Source of the DNA: Candidatus Cloacimonadales bacterium
GTDB lineage: Bacteria; Cloacimonadota; Cloacimonadia; Cloacimonadales; JAIOQZ01
Length of the DNA stretch: 64,000 nt
Assembly (NCBI GenBank): GCA_963665815.1
Contig: OY762463.1
Location: 1,760,001 to 1,824,000 of the forward strand
Direction: 5' to 3'
Shown: piece by piece, positions 49,371 through 59,400 of the stretch
Layout of the letters: every line of letters starts with the position of its first letter
How positions within the stretch are numbered: position 1 is the stretch's first letter
Notes under the pieces: generated by a model
Database searches by the model: none
Seen by the model: only the letters and a program-made list of their open reading frames with translations
What the model was told of the DNA's origin: nothing
Translations under genes and position numbers: made by a program

Positions 49371-50533
49371 CTTACACTCCGTTTATTCTGTAATCTGAAT
49401 TCCTCTAATACTATTTTTTCGATCTCAGATTGAACTGTATAGTAATTAAATTTATTTTTAACTGTTTCTCTGCCTGACTTCGCCAATAATGATATTAGTT
49501 CATGATCAAAATGAATATTCCTGATGCAGCTCAATAATGATTCTGCGTTACCATATTCAAATACAACACCATCTCTCATATTGGTGATAATCTCTGAAGC
49601 CCCATATCTGTCAGGAACAATTACCGTCATTCCATAAGACATTGCTTCAATTACAACACGACCAAAAGTTTCTGTAGCGAGTGAAGAAAAAACAAGTACA
49701 TCGTTCTGTTCATATACAGTTGCTATATCTGCAGCTTTTCCCTTCAGTTCCACTCTATCATCAAGATTCTTTTCTCTTACCAAATTCTTGAGAAAATCCA
49801 CATATTCTTCATCACCATTTCCGTATATATGGAATGTGAAATTTTTGTCTTCCAGATTTGAAAAAGCATCAATTGCAAGCTCATATCCTTTTCTGGGTTC
49901 AATTCTCCCACAACTGATATATCTGACTGTATTGCTCTCAGCTCTGTTTATGGACTCAGGAATATGCACACTACGCGGTACAACATAGTTCCTTTCAGCT
50001 CTGTACTTTCTAACAACCTCTTTCCCTACCCATTCTGATGGAGTTAAAGTATACTTCAACTTCAGTTTCCCTCCGACAGCACCGGGGAGCAAGTTCTTCA
50101 CTGCTCTTTTAATATAAGCTGCGGCAGATTCCTGTTCATAGACATCCGGCCAGAAATCTCCGATAGAAAAAAGTACAGGCAAATTCCTTTTCTGAACAGC
50201 AATAACCGGAGCAATTGAGATCTTCTGACAATTCCAGAAGAAGACAAAATCAGGTTTAAAACAATTAAGCACTTCTATAGTTTTTTTATAATTATACTTC
50301 TCGACATTATGCTTGTCAAGAGCATTACCATTCAAATAATCAATGTATTTAAGAATTCTCCATGGTTCCTTTTTAATGAATCCCGGCTCTGGTTGATTCT
50401 CTACTCTGTAGTTTCCTGTCAGCACAACCACATCATGATTTTTTTTTAGAAATTCTACAGTATCTGCACAGGAAATTTCATATCCCCCGATATAATGAGG
50501 AGGATACAAATTTGAAACTACCAGTATTCTCAT
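49367..50533 (-). CDS. Glycosyltransferase family 4
   Basis: SNLYPPHYIGGYE, GRIEPRKG and ETFGRVVIEAM motifs. Confidence 0.92.
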   Translation of the reverse strand: MRILVVSNLYPPHYIGGYEISCADTVEFLKKNHDVVVLTGNYRVENQPEPGFIKKEPWRILKYIDYLNGNALDKHNVEKYNYKKTIEVLNCFKPDFVFFWNCQKISIAPVIAVQKRNLPVLFSIGDFWPDVYEQESAAAYIKRAVKNLLPGAVGGKLKLKYTLTPSEWVGKEVVRKYRAERNYVVPRSVHIPESINRAESNTVRYISCGRIEPRKGYELAIDAFSNLEDKNFTFHIYGNGDEEYVDFLKNLVREKNLDDRVELKGKAADIATVYEQNDVLVFSSLATETFGRVVIEAMSYGMTVIVPDRYGASEIITNMRDGVVFEYGNAESLLSCIRNIHFDHELISLLAKSGRETVKNKFNYYTVQSEIEKIVLEEFRLQNKRSVR

Positions 50534-51471
50534 TTCAAAAAAATTCTTCTTATCTTTGTTGATATTTCATGTCTTACAGAAGCAATCAGCTCTCTGATGA
50601 AAGCTTCTTTCATAATCTTCTGTTTGTTAGCAGGCTGGAAAGAGTAAGGCAAATCCGGTAGTTCATATCCTCTGGAACGAGCCCAGTGAATAAACTGCAT
50701 TACCATTTCGTAAAACGGAATATTCTTATATGACCAGGTCTGCCACGGTTTAGGAAACAAACTGAAATGAATAATCTTTGCATCCATATTTTTATCATAA
50801 GGATAGACCCCAACTTCTGGACTGTCATCAGCAAAAGCAAACAATGAGTTCAAAACAGATTCATCTGTCATAAAGTAAGCAGTACTGCTTTTATTGTAGA
50901 CGCCTATAGTATTTTCGTCTATCACTTTCTCCATCTGGTTTTTCCATCTTTTAATGAAAGGCAGATGAGATTTATGAATAATAAAACAATTCGTTTCACA
51001 CACGGTTGATATAGTTGGAAAAGCACGTTCTCGTATATCCCATTTCCATATCTTCAAAACTTTTTCAGGAATAGTCCCGAATTTTTCTCCCCATGAATAT
51101 CTGTCCCGGTACACAAGACCATTTTCATGAAAATCCCTGAACCTGATATGAAAAAACGGTTCCGTTGCAACAAATTCATTCTTTATATTTCCGTTAACAA
51201 TACAATCTGCATCAACCCAGGTAGTAAATTCTGTATTCGAGGAAAATATTGCATCTGGTTTTTGAGTACAGACACTTCTTTTTGTCATCCTACCTTCAGA
51301 ATACACTTTAACATTGTCAAACTGCTGCAGCATATCGCGTTCTTTATCTGAGAGATCATATCCCATAACATGAACAGGATCTTCAACTCCATGATAACGA
51401 AGTGATATTATCAGGAGAAATGCTCCCCACAGGTAATTACTGTCACAGGCCGTTACGAAAGTATTATTCAT
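50530..51471 (-). CDS. GT-A fold glycosyltransferase, GT8-like
   Basis: VTACDSNY, WVDADC (DxD), TDESVLN and IIHF...KPW motifs. Confidence 0.7.
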   Translation of the reverse strand: MNNTFVTACDSNYLWGAFLLIISLRYHGVEDPVHVMGYDLSDKERDMLQQFDNVKVYSEGRMTKRSVCTQKPDAIFSSNTEFTTWVDADCIVNGNIKNEFVATEPFFHIRFRDFHENGLVYRDRYSWGEKFGTIPEKVLKIWKWDIRERAFPTISTVCETNCFIIHKSHLPFIKRWKNQMEKVIDENTIGVYNKSSTAYFMTDESVLNSLFAFADDSPEVGVYPYDKNMDAKIIHFSLFPKPWQTWSYKNIPFYEMVMQFIHWARSRGYELPDLPYSFQPANKQKIMKEAFIRELIASVRHEISTKIRRIFLK

Positions 51472-51878
51472 TTTCTGAGCAACTCTCTCAAATATTCCTG
51501 GATATGCATATCAGGTAGAATATCTATTCCGGCAAAGGATTTCAGAGAATACAGTATCAGGAATGCAACCAGAATTAAACTGATTAGAATACCAAGATAC
51601 ATTAAAAGCTGGAATACGAGAGTAATAGCTCTCTGACCGGCAGTGGCTTTTCCGACTCTGCTTTTCCTTCTCTGATCAACACCGATAATCCACACGAAAT
51701 ACAATCTCTTTATGAACCAGAATGTGAATCTGATATCAAAATATTTCTTTCCCAATGATGATGGAGAGAGTCTTCTCAGAACAGCTTTAATCTCTTTCTT
51801 CTGTTCATAATTTAAGCTTTCCTGTATTGTAGGATTGATCATATTGAACAGATAGTCTTCATCTCTTCTTTTAGCCAT
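51468..51878 (-). CDS. Small membrane protein of unknown function
   Basis: Overlaps both neighbours; DIRFTFW..RLYFVWIIG.DQRR followed by a TM helix and LYSLKSFAGIDI. Confidence 0.7.
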   Translation of the reverse strand: MAKRRDEDYLFNMINPTIQESLNYEQKKEIKAVLRRLSPSSLGKKYFDIRFTFWFIKRLYFVWIIGVDQRRKSRVGKATAGQRAITLVFQLLMYLGILISLILVAFLILYSLKSFAGIDILPDMHIQEYLRELLRK

Positions 51879-53217
51879 TTTCAATACCTCTATCAGTTTG
51901 ATCTTTATTAACATAAACTAATCTATGCATAGCTCCAATCACAGCAAAAACTAACATTAACTGATAAAAATTGTTAGTCTGCTTTAAAACCCACTCCAGC
52001 GATGATTCCAGATATATTGCCAGTAATCCACCAACTAAAGCAACGGGAATAAACACATATTTCGTTTTTCTGTACTTAAACAGATTCTTCAGATTTAAAA
52101 AATACATATATAATATGAATGTCAAGAAAACACCTAAGTTATGCCATCCTGTTTCGGCGGCAATCATTAAATATATTGTCTCAACAAGTCCATGACGTTC
52201 CATCGGGTCAGTTTCATCATGCATTTGAATGTGAGTACCATAATTAAATGGTGCATTAATAGCTTGACCAAAGTTATTCAACCCAACACCCAGCTTTTTA
52301 TCATCAGCCATTTTAACTGCTGCTTCCGCAAGAAGCACACGAGTAGTTTTTGATGCCTCCGGTGCTGTCTGATATCTCGTAATAATTGAATCCATTGCCT
52401 TAAGTAATGCAAGGGCTCCCAGAATAAGAAGAACTGCAGTGATGGCAATCTTTTTCCTGTTTACACCTACAAACATGGATAACGTCCACATTACAACCAG
52501 TGAGAGTCCGTATAATGCCATACCTGCTCTTGATAGAGTCGCAATAATTGATACACTGCCAAAACCTAGAATCAGTATCCAGACCATCAATCTTTTAACC
52601 TTTGAATTGAACAAGTATGAAAAAAAGAAGCTATTCAGTATAATAACATACATCACAAGTGAGTTCTGGTGTGGGAATGGTCCGGGAGATTGATAAATTC
52701 TATAGATATATTTCTGTTGCATCTGCATAAAGAATATGAATATTGAAATAATTGCAAAGTTTATCATCAATTCCTGAAATTTTGAATAATCATCAATATA
52801 ATTGTAAAGCACCCACCAGAATATATACATACGTACCATTTTCCAGACTTCAAACATGGAATACAGTGGAACAGGAGCATTAACAATAGACAGTATACTG
52901 AAAAAGAAGTAGATTCCATATAGAATTGTTCCCTTGGGAAGTCTCAGTTCTGACAAACTTTTTCGTGAGATTAGAACAAGAAAAATTACAAGTGTTGCCA
53001 GATCCACAAGTCCAACCTCGAAACCCTTGGATGTTCCCCTGTAAAACTCCATAGATACAAAGTTAATATCTTCCATTTTCGCTGTAAAAAATATCATCAG
53101 GAAAAAAGCAATCTTTTCGAAGATTCTGTATTGAAGGGAAAGGAAATATCCTATAGGTACACCAAATATCAGAACAATGAAAAATACCAGATACTTGTAT
53201 TCAATTCCAAAAAGCAT
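51871..53217 (-). CDS. Wzy polymerase / O-antigen ligase family protein
   Basis: Polytopic; GPFPHQNSL, TLSRAG, GVGLNNF and YLMIAAETG motifs. Confidence 0.85.
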   Translation of the reverse strand: MLFGIEYKYLVFFIVLIFGVPIGYFLSLQYRIFEKIAFFLMIFFTAKMEDINFVSMEFYRGTSKGFEVGLVDLATLVIFLVLISRKSLSELRLPKGTILYGIYFFFSILSIVNAPVPLYSMFEVWKMVRMYIFWWVLYNYIDDYSKFQELMINFAIISIFIFFMQMQQKYIYRIYQSPGPFPHQNSLVMYVIILNSFFFSYLFNSKVKRLMVWILILGFGSVSIIATLSRAGMALYGLSLVVMWTLSMFVGVNRKKIAITAVLLILGALALLKAMDSIITRYQTAPEASKTTRVLLAEAAVKMADDKKLGVGLNNFGQAINAPFNYGTHIQMHDETDPMERHGLVETIYLMIAAETGWHNLGVFLTFILYMYFLNLKNLFKYRKTKYVFIPVALVGGLLAIYLESSLEWVLKQTNNFYQLMLVFAVIGAMHRLVYVNKDQTDRGIENG

Positions 53218-53272
53218 GTGAAATCCTTATATCAGAAACGTGCTGGTTCCGAATAATCTGCGGAAATCATAC

Positions 53273-54304
53273 TTAATTATCATTTATAAGGTCATTTACA
53301 ATGTAATATCCCTGAATTGCATTAAGACTTGGAATTACAAGGTCAAGTACTTCATTCCAGTTTGCAAAAAGACTGGCAGGAACAAAAACGATATCATTCG
53401 GTTTTAATGGGAAATCCTGCACTTCTGCACGCATTACAGCTTTTGTATCAATTTTAAACAGCCTCGGATGAGACAGATTTCCACGTATAACATAAACTGT
53501 TCTTTTAGCAGTAGGTCGGAATCCATTAGCAAAACTGATAATCTGCATCAGAGTCATATTTTCTTTGAATGCATAGTGTCCTTGAGTATTAACTTCACCC
53601 AGAACGTAAATTTCTCTGTTTATTGCAGATGGTATATATATGTAATCTTTGTCTGCCAAAGGGATGTTATAAAGCATATTACCGTTTTTAATCAGCTCCA
53701 TGAAGTCTATAGGCAGAATTCTGCCATTTCTCAGAAGATAGGTTCTTTCCAGATCAGCCAATTCTGTAGTATTGTTCTGGAAGTAACCAACTGCAAGACC
53801 TCCACCTTCAGCAATAGCATCAAGGATTCTCATATCACCATCAAGAACTACTCTTCCCGGGCGTGTAATTTTTCCAAGTATAGTAACACTGGAACTTGTC
53901 AGCTGGACAGCTTTCATTGTAACTTGCGGATGCCTTATATATTCACTGAGAGCTTTTTCGATTTTTGTGGAAGCTTCAGGAATGGTCAATCCTTCTACAT
54001 GAAGGTCAGGTATTAATTTCAGAGATATTGTTCCATCCGATTTTACCATAACACCCATAGTTGTAAGTTCTTCTTCATCATAAACGAAGATGTCAAAAAC
54101 GTCTTCAGCCCCTATTGTATATTTTTTTATTGGAAGTGTATGCAGAGCTTTTAGCTCTTCCTCTATTTTCTTCTCATCTTTCTTTTCAACTTGAACAGAC
54201 TCAAGAAACTGAGGCATAGCAGTTACAGATTTCAGTTCCGGCTTCACTCTTACACAACTAAGTAAAATTATAGATAACAGCGTTAAAATTATAAGTTTTT
54301 TCAT
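53273..54304 (-). CDS. wza: Polysaccharide export lipoprotein (Wza/OPX, Poly_export plus SLBB domains)
   Basis: Lipobox LLSC; YTIGAEDVF..DGTISLKLI..VEGLT, VLGEVNTQG and LKPNDIVFVP motifs. Confidence 0.9.
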   Translation of the reverse strand: MKKLIILTLLSIILLSCVRVKPELKSVTAMPQFLESVQVEKKDEKKIEEELKALHTLPIKKYTIGAEDVFDIFVYDEEELTTMGVMVKSDGTISLKLIPDLHVEGLTIPEASTKIEKALSEYIRHPQVTMKAVQLTSSSVTILGKITRPGRVVLDGDMRILDAIAEGGGLAVGYFQNNTTELADLERTYLLRNGRILPIDFMELIKNGNMLYNIPLADKDYIYIPSAINREIYVLGEVNTQGHYAFKENMTLMQIISFANGFRPTAKRTVYVIRGNLSHPRLFKIDTKAVMRAEVQDFPLKPNDIVFVPASLFANWNEVLDLVIPSLNAIQGYYIVNDLINDN

Positions 54305-54319
54305 AAATACTCCGTACTC

Positions 54320-56317
54320 CTAAGCCATGAAGTAAGGTTTGGGTACTTCATTCAGAATTCCGGCAATCGGTACATCTGTGTTCTTCTTAAGATAATCTAT
54401 TACACTTACCAGATGATCCCTGTTTGTATGACGGAATTTTGTTACAACCGTCAGTAAATCGGAAAATCCGGAAATTGTAGTAAACAACTGAAGATTCTGT
54501 TCCGCTTCAAACAATTCCCAGATGATAATATCATAACTTGTCAATTGCTGGAAAAAAGAAGTAAGCTGATCATTATCAAGAACATCTTTGTAAGCCTGAT
54601 CGTCATGCACAAAGTAGCATTTATGCAGCTTTTCAGCTATAACAAACATATTATCCTGTGATATTTCCTTTTTTTCGTAGACAGCTTTATTGATCATATA
54701 TGGTTCGATGTCATCATCATGCTCATCAATACTTTCTATCCAGAGAACTTTTTCATTTTTCGCCATGAATATCTCAACAAGTTCCCTGACAACAAACGAT
54801 TTACCGGAATCTGCATTTGGATTACCAACTGTAAGAAATGCCGGCATTTTCTCAGGCATCTGCTTTCTCAACTGCGAATACAATATCTGTAGTTGAGCAT
54901 GGAATATTGAGTCAGAATACATGTCTCTGTTAGGGATCTCAGCAAGGAAGTTAACATCTACAAAATTGTCATAATCATATTTAGACTTAACTCTGAAATC
55001 AAACAGTTCTCTGAAAATGTAAAATACCATGAATCCCGTAAATGTAAGGAAACCGAATGCCAGAGCTATCATCTTTCTTCCTGATGCCTGAGGATACTTA
55101 GGCGGTATAGCCGGTTCCAGAATTGCGAAGTCACTGACATTGGACTCCATAGCTATTCTGGATTCTACGATACGATTCTCCAGCATCTCAAGCAATCTGA
55201 TGGTCAGATCATACTTTCTTTTAAGCTCAAAATACTCTTTCTCAAGATATGACAACTCTGCAAGATCTTCCCTTACCTGATGGATTCTCATATCGTAATC
55301 ACCAATCAAATCCTCAGCAGATTTCAATTGATACTCAAACTTAGCCTTTTCACTCATCATATTCTGTTTTACAGGACTTTCACCATATGTAACAATATCC
55401 GGAATAATCTCCTGTTCAAACTCTTTTCCGGCAGCTAACTTTTCTTCGAGTTCTCTAATCTCTTCTTTCGTTTTGACGACTTTGGGATTCTTATCTGTGT
55501 ATGCTTCTTCATATTTTTCAAGATCAGCATACAATTTCTTAAGATTACTGTTATCAACTTCATTTACTGTCTGCCCAAGTTTCACAAACTCAGGGAATTC
55601 GGCAATTTTAAGATCAACTTCATCTATCTGACTTTTCAGTCCTTCAATAGTTATATTGTTTTCAATTTTTTTGAGTTCAAGATCATTCAAATGGTTATAC
55701 TTCATCTGTGTCTCATCTTCAATAGACAACACTCCATGCTGCTTTCTGAATCGTTCCATAGCAAGCTGATACCTGTCTAAATCATCGAGATACTTATCCC
55801 TTAACGGAAGATAGTAGTTGTATACCCTTTTGGTAGAAGCATTGAGAATATCAATGTAATTCTGAATGAATGTTTCTGCCAGAACATTGGCTATTGATAC
55901 AGATTTATCCCGCTCCTGGTGAAAAGCAGTAATATGTATAAGGTTGGATCTTCCACCTCTTTCAACATATATCTTATCAAATAGTTTATCGGGTGTTATC
56001 TCAAGATTAAGACTGTCTATTACTGACTGAAGGTTCTTTCTCATTCTGATAGATGAAAGAACTGTATTCAGGTCAAGCTGTTGATACAGATACGGCATAT
56101 CCTGTCTCATGGAAATATTCTTCATATTTCTGATAAGCGTACTTCTGGCTCGCCAGACTGGCGTCACTGTCAGTTTTGCATAAATTCCACCAATAACCAG
56201 CGCAATAAATGATGAAATCAGAACAAAGATAATTTTCCGCCTGATAGTAACAAACATTACTTTTTTATCAAACTTCATTAAATTAAATTTTTCATCTGCA
56301 TTATGAAATGAACTCAT
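54320..56317 (-). CDS. Polysaccharide co-polymerase (Wzc/GumC-like) with degenerate kinase domain
   Basis: Two TM helices flanking a long coiled coil (YTDKNPKV), ILEPAIPP motif, cytoplasmic P-loop remnant GNPNADSGKS. Confidence 0.85.
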   Translation of the reverse strand: MSSFHNADEKFNLMKFDKKVMFVTIRRKIIFVLISSFIALVIGGIYAKLTVTPVWRARSTLIRNMKNISMRQDMPYLYQQLDLNTVLSSIRMRKNLQSVIDSLNLEITPDKLFDKIYVERGGRSNLIHITAFHQERDKSVSIANVLAETFIQNYIDILNASTKRVYNYYLPLRDKYLDDLDRYQLAMERFRKQHGVLSIEDETQMKYNHLNDLELKKIENNITIEGLKSQIDEVDLKIAEFPEFVKLGQTVNEVDNSNLKKLYADLEKYEEAYTDKNPKVVKTKEEIRELEEKLAAGKEFEQEIIPDIVTYGESPVKQNMMSEKAKFEYQLKSAEDLIGDYDMRIHQVREDLAELSYLEKEYFELKRKYDLTIRLLEMLENRIVESRIAMESNVSDFAILEPAIPPKYPQASGRKMIALAFGFLTFTGFMVFYIFRELFDFRVKSKYDYDNFVDVNFLAEIPNRDMYSDSIFHAQLQILYSQLRKQMPEKMPAFLTVGNPNADSGKSFVVRELVEIFMAKNEKVLWIESIDEHDDDIEPYMINKAVYEKKEISQDNMFVIAEKLHKCYFVHDDQAYKDVLDNDQLTSFFQQLTSYDIIIWELFEAEQNLQLFTTISGFSDLLTVVTKFRHTNRDHLVSVIDYLKKNTDVPIAGILNEVPKPYFMA

Positions 56318-56457
56318 AATTTCCTTAAATCCTTAACTTATTGTATTTAATCCAATTACAATACATATTTTAAAATCAAAAAAATATCATCTTATTAATT
56401 ACTTATCTCACTATATGTCAAGATATTTAACACTACCAACTGATTATTAATTTATAA

Positions 56458-59400
56458 TCAATCAATAATATCGCTTATATAACCTGCAATCTGCTCTACT
56501 TGAGGTTCTTTTAATATCGTGTCGTGAGTAGCATTTATTTTGAACATTTGAACTTTCTCAACAAAGATATCCCATGCCATATATGGATCGTCGACAAAAC
56601 TTGCCGGTTGTTGTAAAGCTTTAAACAACACAACTCCACCTTTGCATGGACGATAATTATACCTGCACACAGCTGCGATATTCTTTTTCCTTACAGCAGA
56701 ACGATTTGCAAACATACCCTGATCAAAAAAAGTATCTTCATCACCAAAATTCTGGTGATTTCCGAATCGATTTCTGATTTTTGTTTTCAGTATCCGCAAC
56801 GTCTCTTTTAAGCCTAACTCTACCAACAGCTTTATCTTACTCTTGAAATACTTCTTCCTTAGAGATTCAACTGGTCTGAATGCCCAGGTATCAAAAAGGA
56901 ACAAATGTTTCACATCGACTTTCTTCCATCTGAGCTGCTGCATCATTTCGTATGCTACTGTTCCACCAAAACACCAACCTCCGATATATACAGCTCCGCC
57001 CGGATGCCTTTCCTTAATAATCCTGACGTAATGTGCCGCCGTTTCCTCTACAGACTCAAGTGCCTTATCCGGATTCATTAATCCCGGTGCTTGAAAACCA
57101 TATATTGGCAGATCAGCTGGGAGATGTCTTATCAAATTCACATAACCCAGTAAATCTCCTGGCAGTGGATGCACCAGATACAAAGGTGTTTTCTTACTGT
57201 TTCCCTTTTGAAGTTCAACAAGTGAATAATCCCCGAACACTCCATCTTGAATGATTGTCTGCTCAAGTTTTCCTGCCAGTTCCTCCAGATCTTTATGTCT
57301 GAAAAGATCCTGTACTTTGAGACTTAAGCCTGCCTGACCCAGCCTGTTTATTACAAGCATACTAAGAACTGAATTTCCACCGAGTTCAAAGAAATTGTTA
57401 TTGATTCCAACATTATCAATACCAAGTACATCTCCGATTATGTTACACAATACTTCCTGATCAGGTGTTCCCGCTTTAACAATTTCATCCTGATTTTTCT
57501 TTATAGTTGCATCAGGAACAGGTAACTTCTTTCTGTCAATTTTACCATTTGCCGTAAGTGGAAACTCATCCATATAAAGGAAAACTCCCGGAATCATATA
57601 GTCAGGAAGCCTGTTTGCAATGGAATCAGCAATTTTTTTTACCGAAATTTCCTTATCCGCAATATAGTAACCGCATAACTGCAGCATTTCGTTTCTGTCT
57701 TTGAACGTATGAACAACAGCATCATTGAATAAACCGGTCTTCATCAGTTCATTTTCAATTTCACCAAGTTCAATTCTATGTCCCCTGATCTTAACCTGAA
57801 AGTCATTTCTACCAAAGCATTCAAGCCTGCCATCTACATCAAATCTAACAATATCTCCTGTTCTGTAAACAATTTCACTCACTCCTGAAGGATTTGTGAA
57901 ATCTACAAATTTCTGAGCAGTTAAATCTTCTCTGTTATGATAACCTGCAGTAATACCTTTTCCTCCAATCAGCAGCTCTCCTTTTACACCGTCAGGAACT
58001 GGGTTCAACTCAGAATCAACAACGTAAAGAGTTGTATTGACAACAGCATGACCAATGTATATCCTGCTGTCTGTCTCCAGTATTCTGTGAATAACAGACC
58101 ATACTGTAGTCTCAGTCGGTCCGTACATATTCCATAACTCACCGCACATCTTCAAAAGTCCTGATGCAAGATCATAAGATACCGGTTCTCCCCCGCACAG
58201 CACTTTCAGAGTCTCCGAGCCTTTCCAGCCAATATCTCTCAGCATTTTCCAGGTTGAAGGTGTTGCCTGCATAATAGTAATTTTTTCTGATTCTATCATT
58301 TCAGCAAGTTTCCCTGCATCGTAAACATCATCCCGAGAAGCCAGAATAAGTTCAGCTCCGGTAACAAGAGGAAGAAATACTTCCAGTACAGAGATATCGA
58401 AACTCAATGGAGTTACAGCGAGAAGTTTATCACCAATAGTCATTCCCGGTTCTTTCTGCATAGAAAGTATGAAATTTGTGACAGCACTGTGAGGCACTTT
58501 CACAGCTTTAGGTTTTCCGGTTGTTCCTGATGTATAAATATAGTATGCTATAGAATCAGGTTTAGAAGCATCTGCAGCATTTTCTGCTTCTTTGATGTCT
58601 TCAGATTTTATATCTTCCCAGATTCTGGCATTTTCAAAATCTATTCTTTGAGTATACTTCTTCTCAATAATAATCTGTTCTGGAGCAGAATCTTCTGCCA
58701 TAAAAAGAAGTCTGTCATTCGGAAACTCTGGATCAAGATACAGATATGCCGCTCCAACTCTCTGTATTGCACATATCAGAGCAATAAGATCAACAGATCG
58801 GTCCATCATTACAGCTATGATTCTGCTGTCAGCGTCGTGTTTTACCTTATTGCAATACGACTGCACCAGTTCACCAAATTCTCCATAAGTAATCGAAGTA
58901 TCTCCGAATTTTACTGCCGTTCTGTCCTGACAATCCTGTATTCTGTCAATTATCAGATTCTGGATAGTAGTATTCGGGAACTTTATCTCAGCTTTTCTAT
59001 TTCTTTCATCAATTAATTCTTTTTCAGCATCTGACAGTAGACCAAGATTCTTAATCTGAGTTCTGCTGTTACTTACCATCTGAGAAATAATTGCGTTATA
59101 ATGCTCTCCGGTTTTTTCTGAAAACCATGCCTCGAATAAATCAGGATTATACTCGAATCGGCAGTGCATACTGCCTTCAATCTCAACTATTTCCATCGTA
59201 ATATCAAGTTTTGATGTATCATTAGCCAGTATCTTCGCCTTTAACTCCAATCCCGGAATATCCAGATCAATAGAAGGCAGATTCTGGAACACAAACATCA
59301 CCTGAAAGAGTGGATGTCGGCTCAGATCACGTTCAGGATTCATCTTATCTACTATCGATTTAAAAGGATATCCGCTATGCGTGAGATTATCAAGGGTTTC

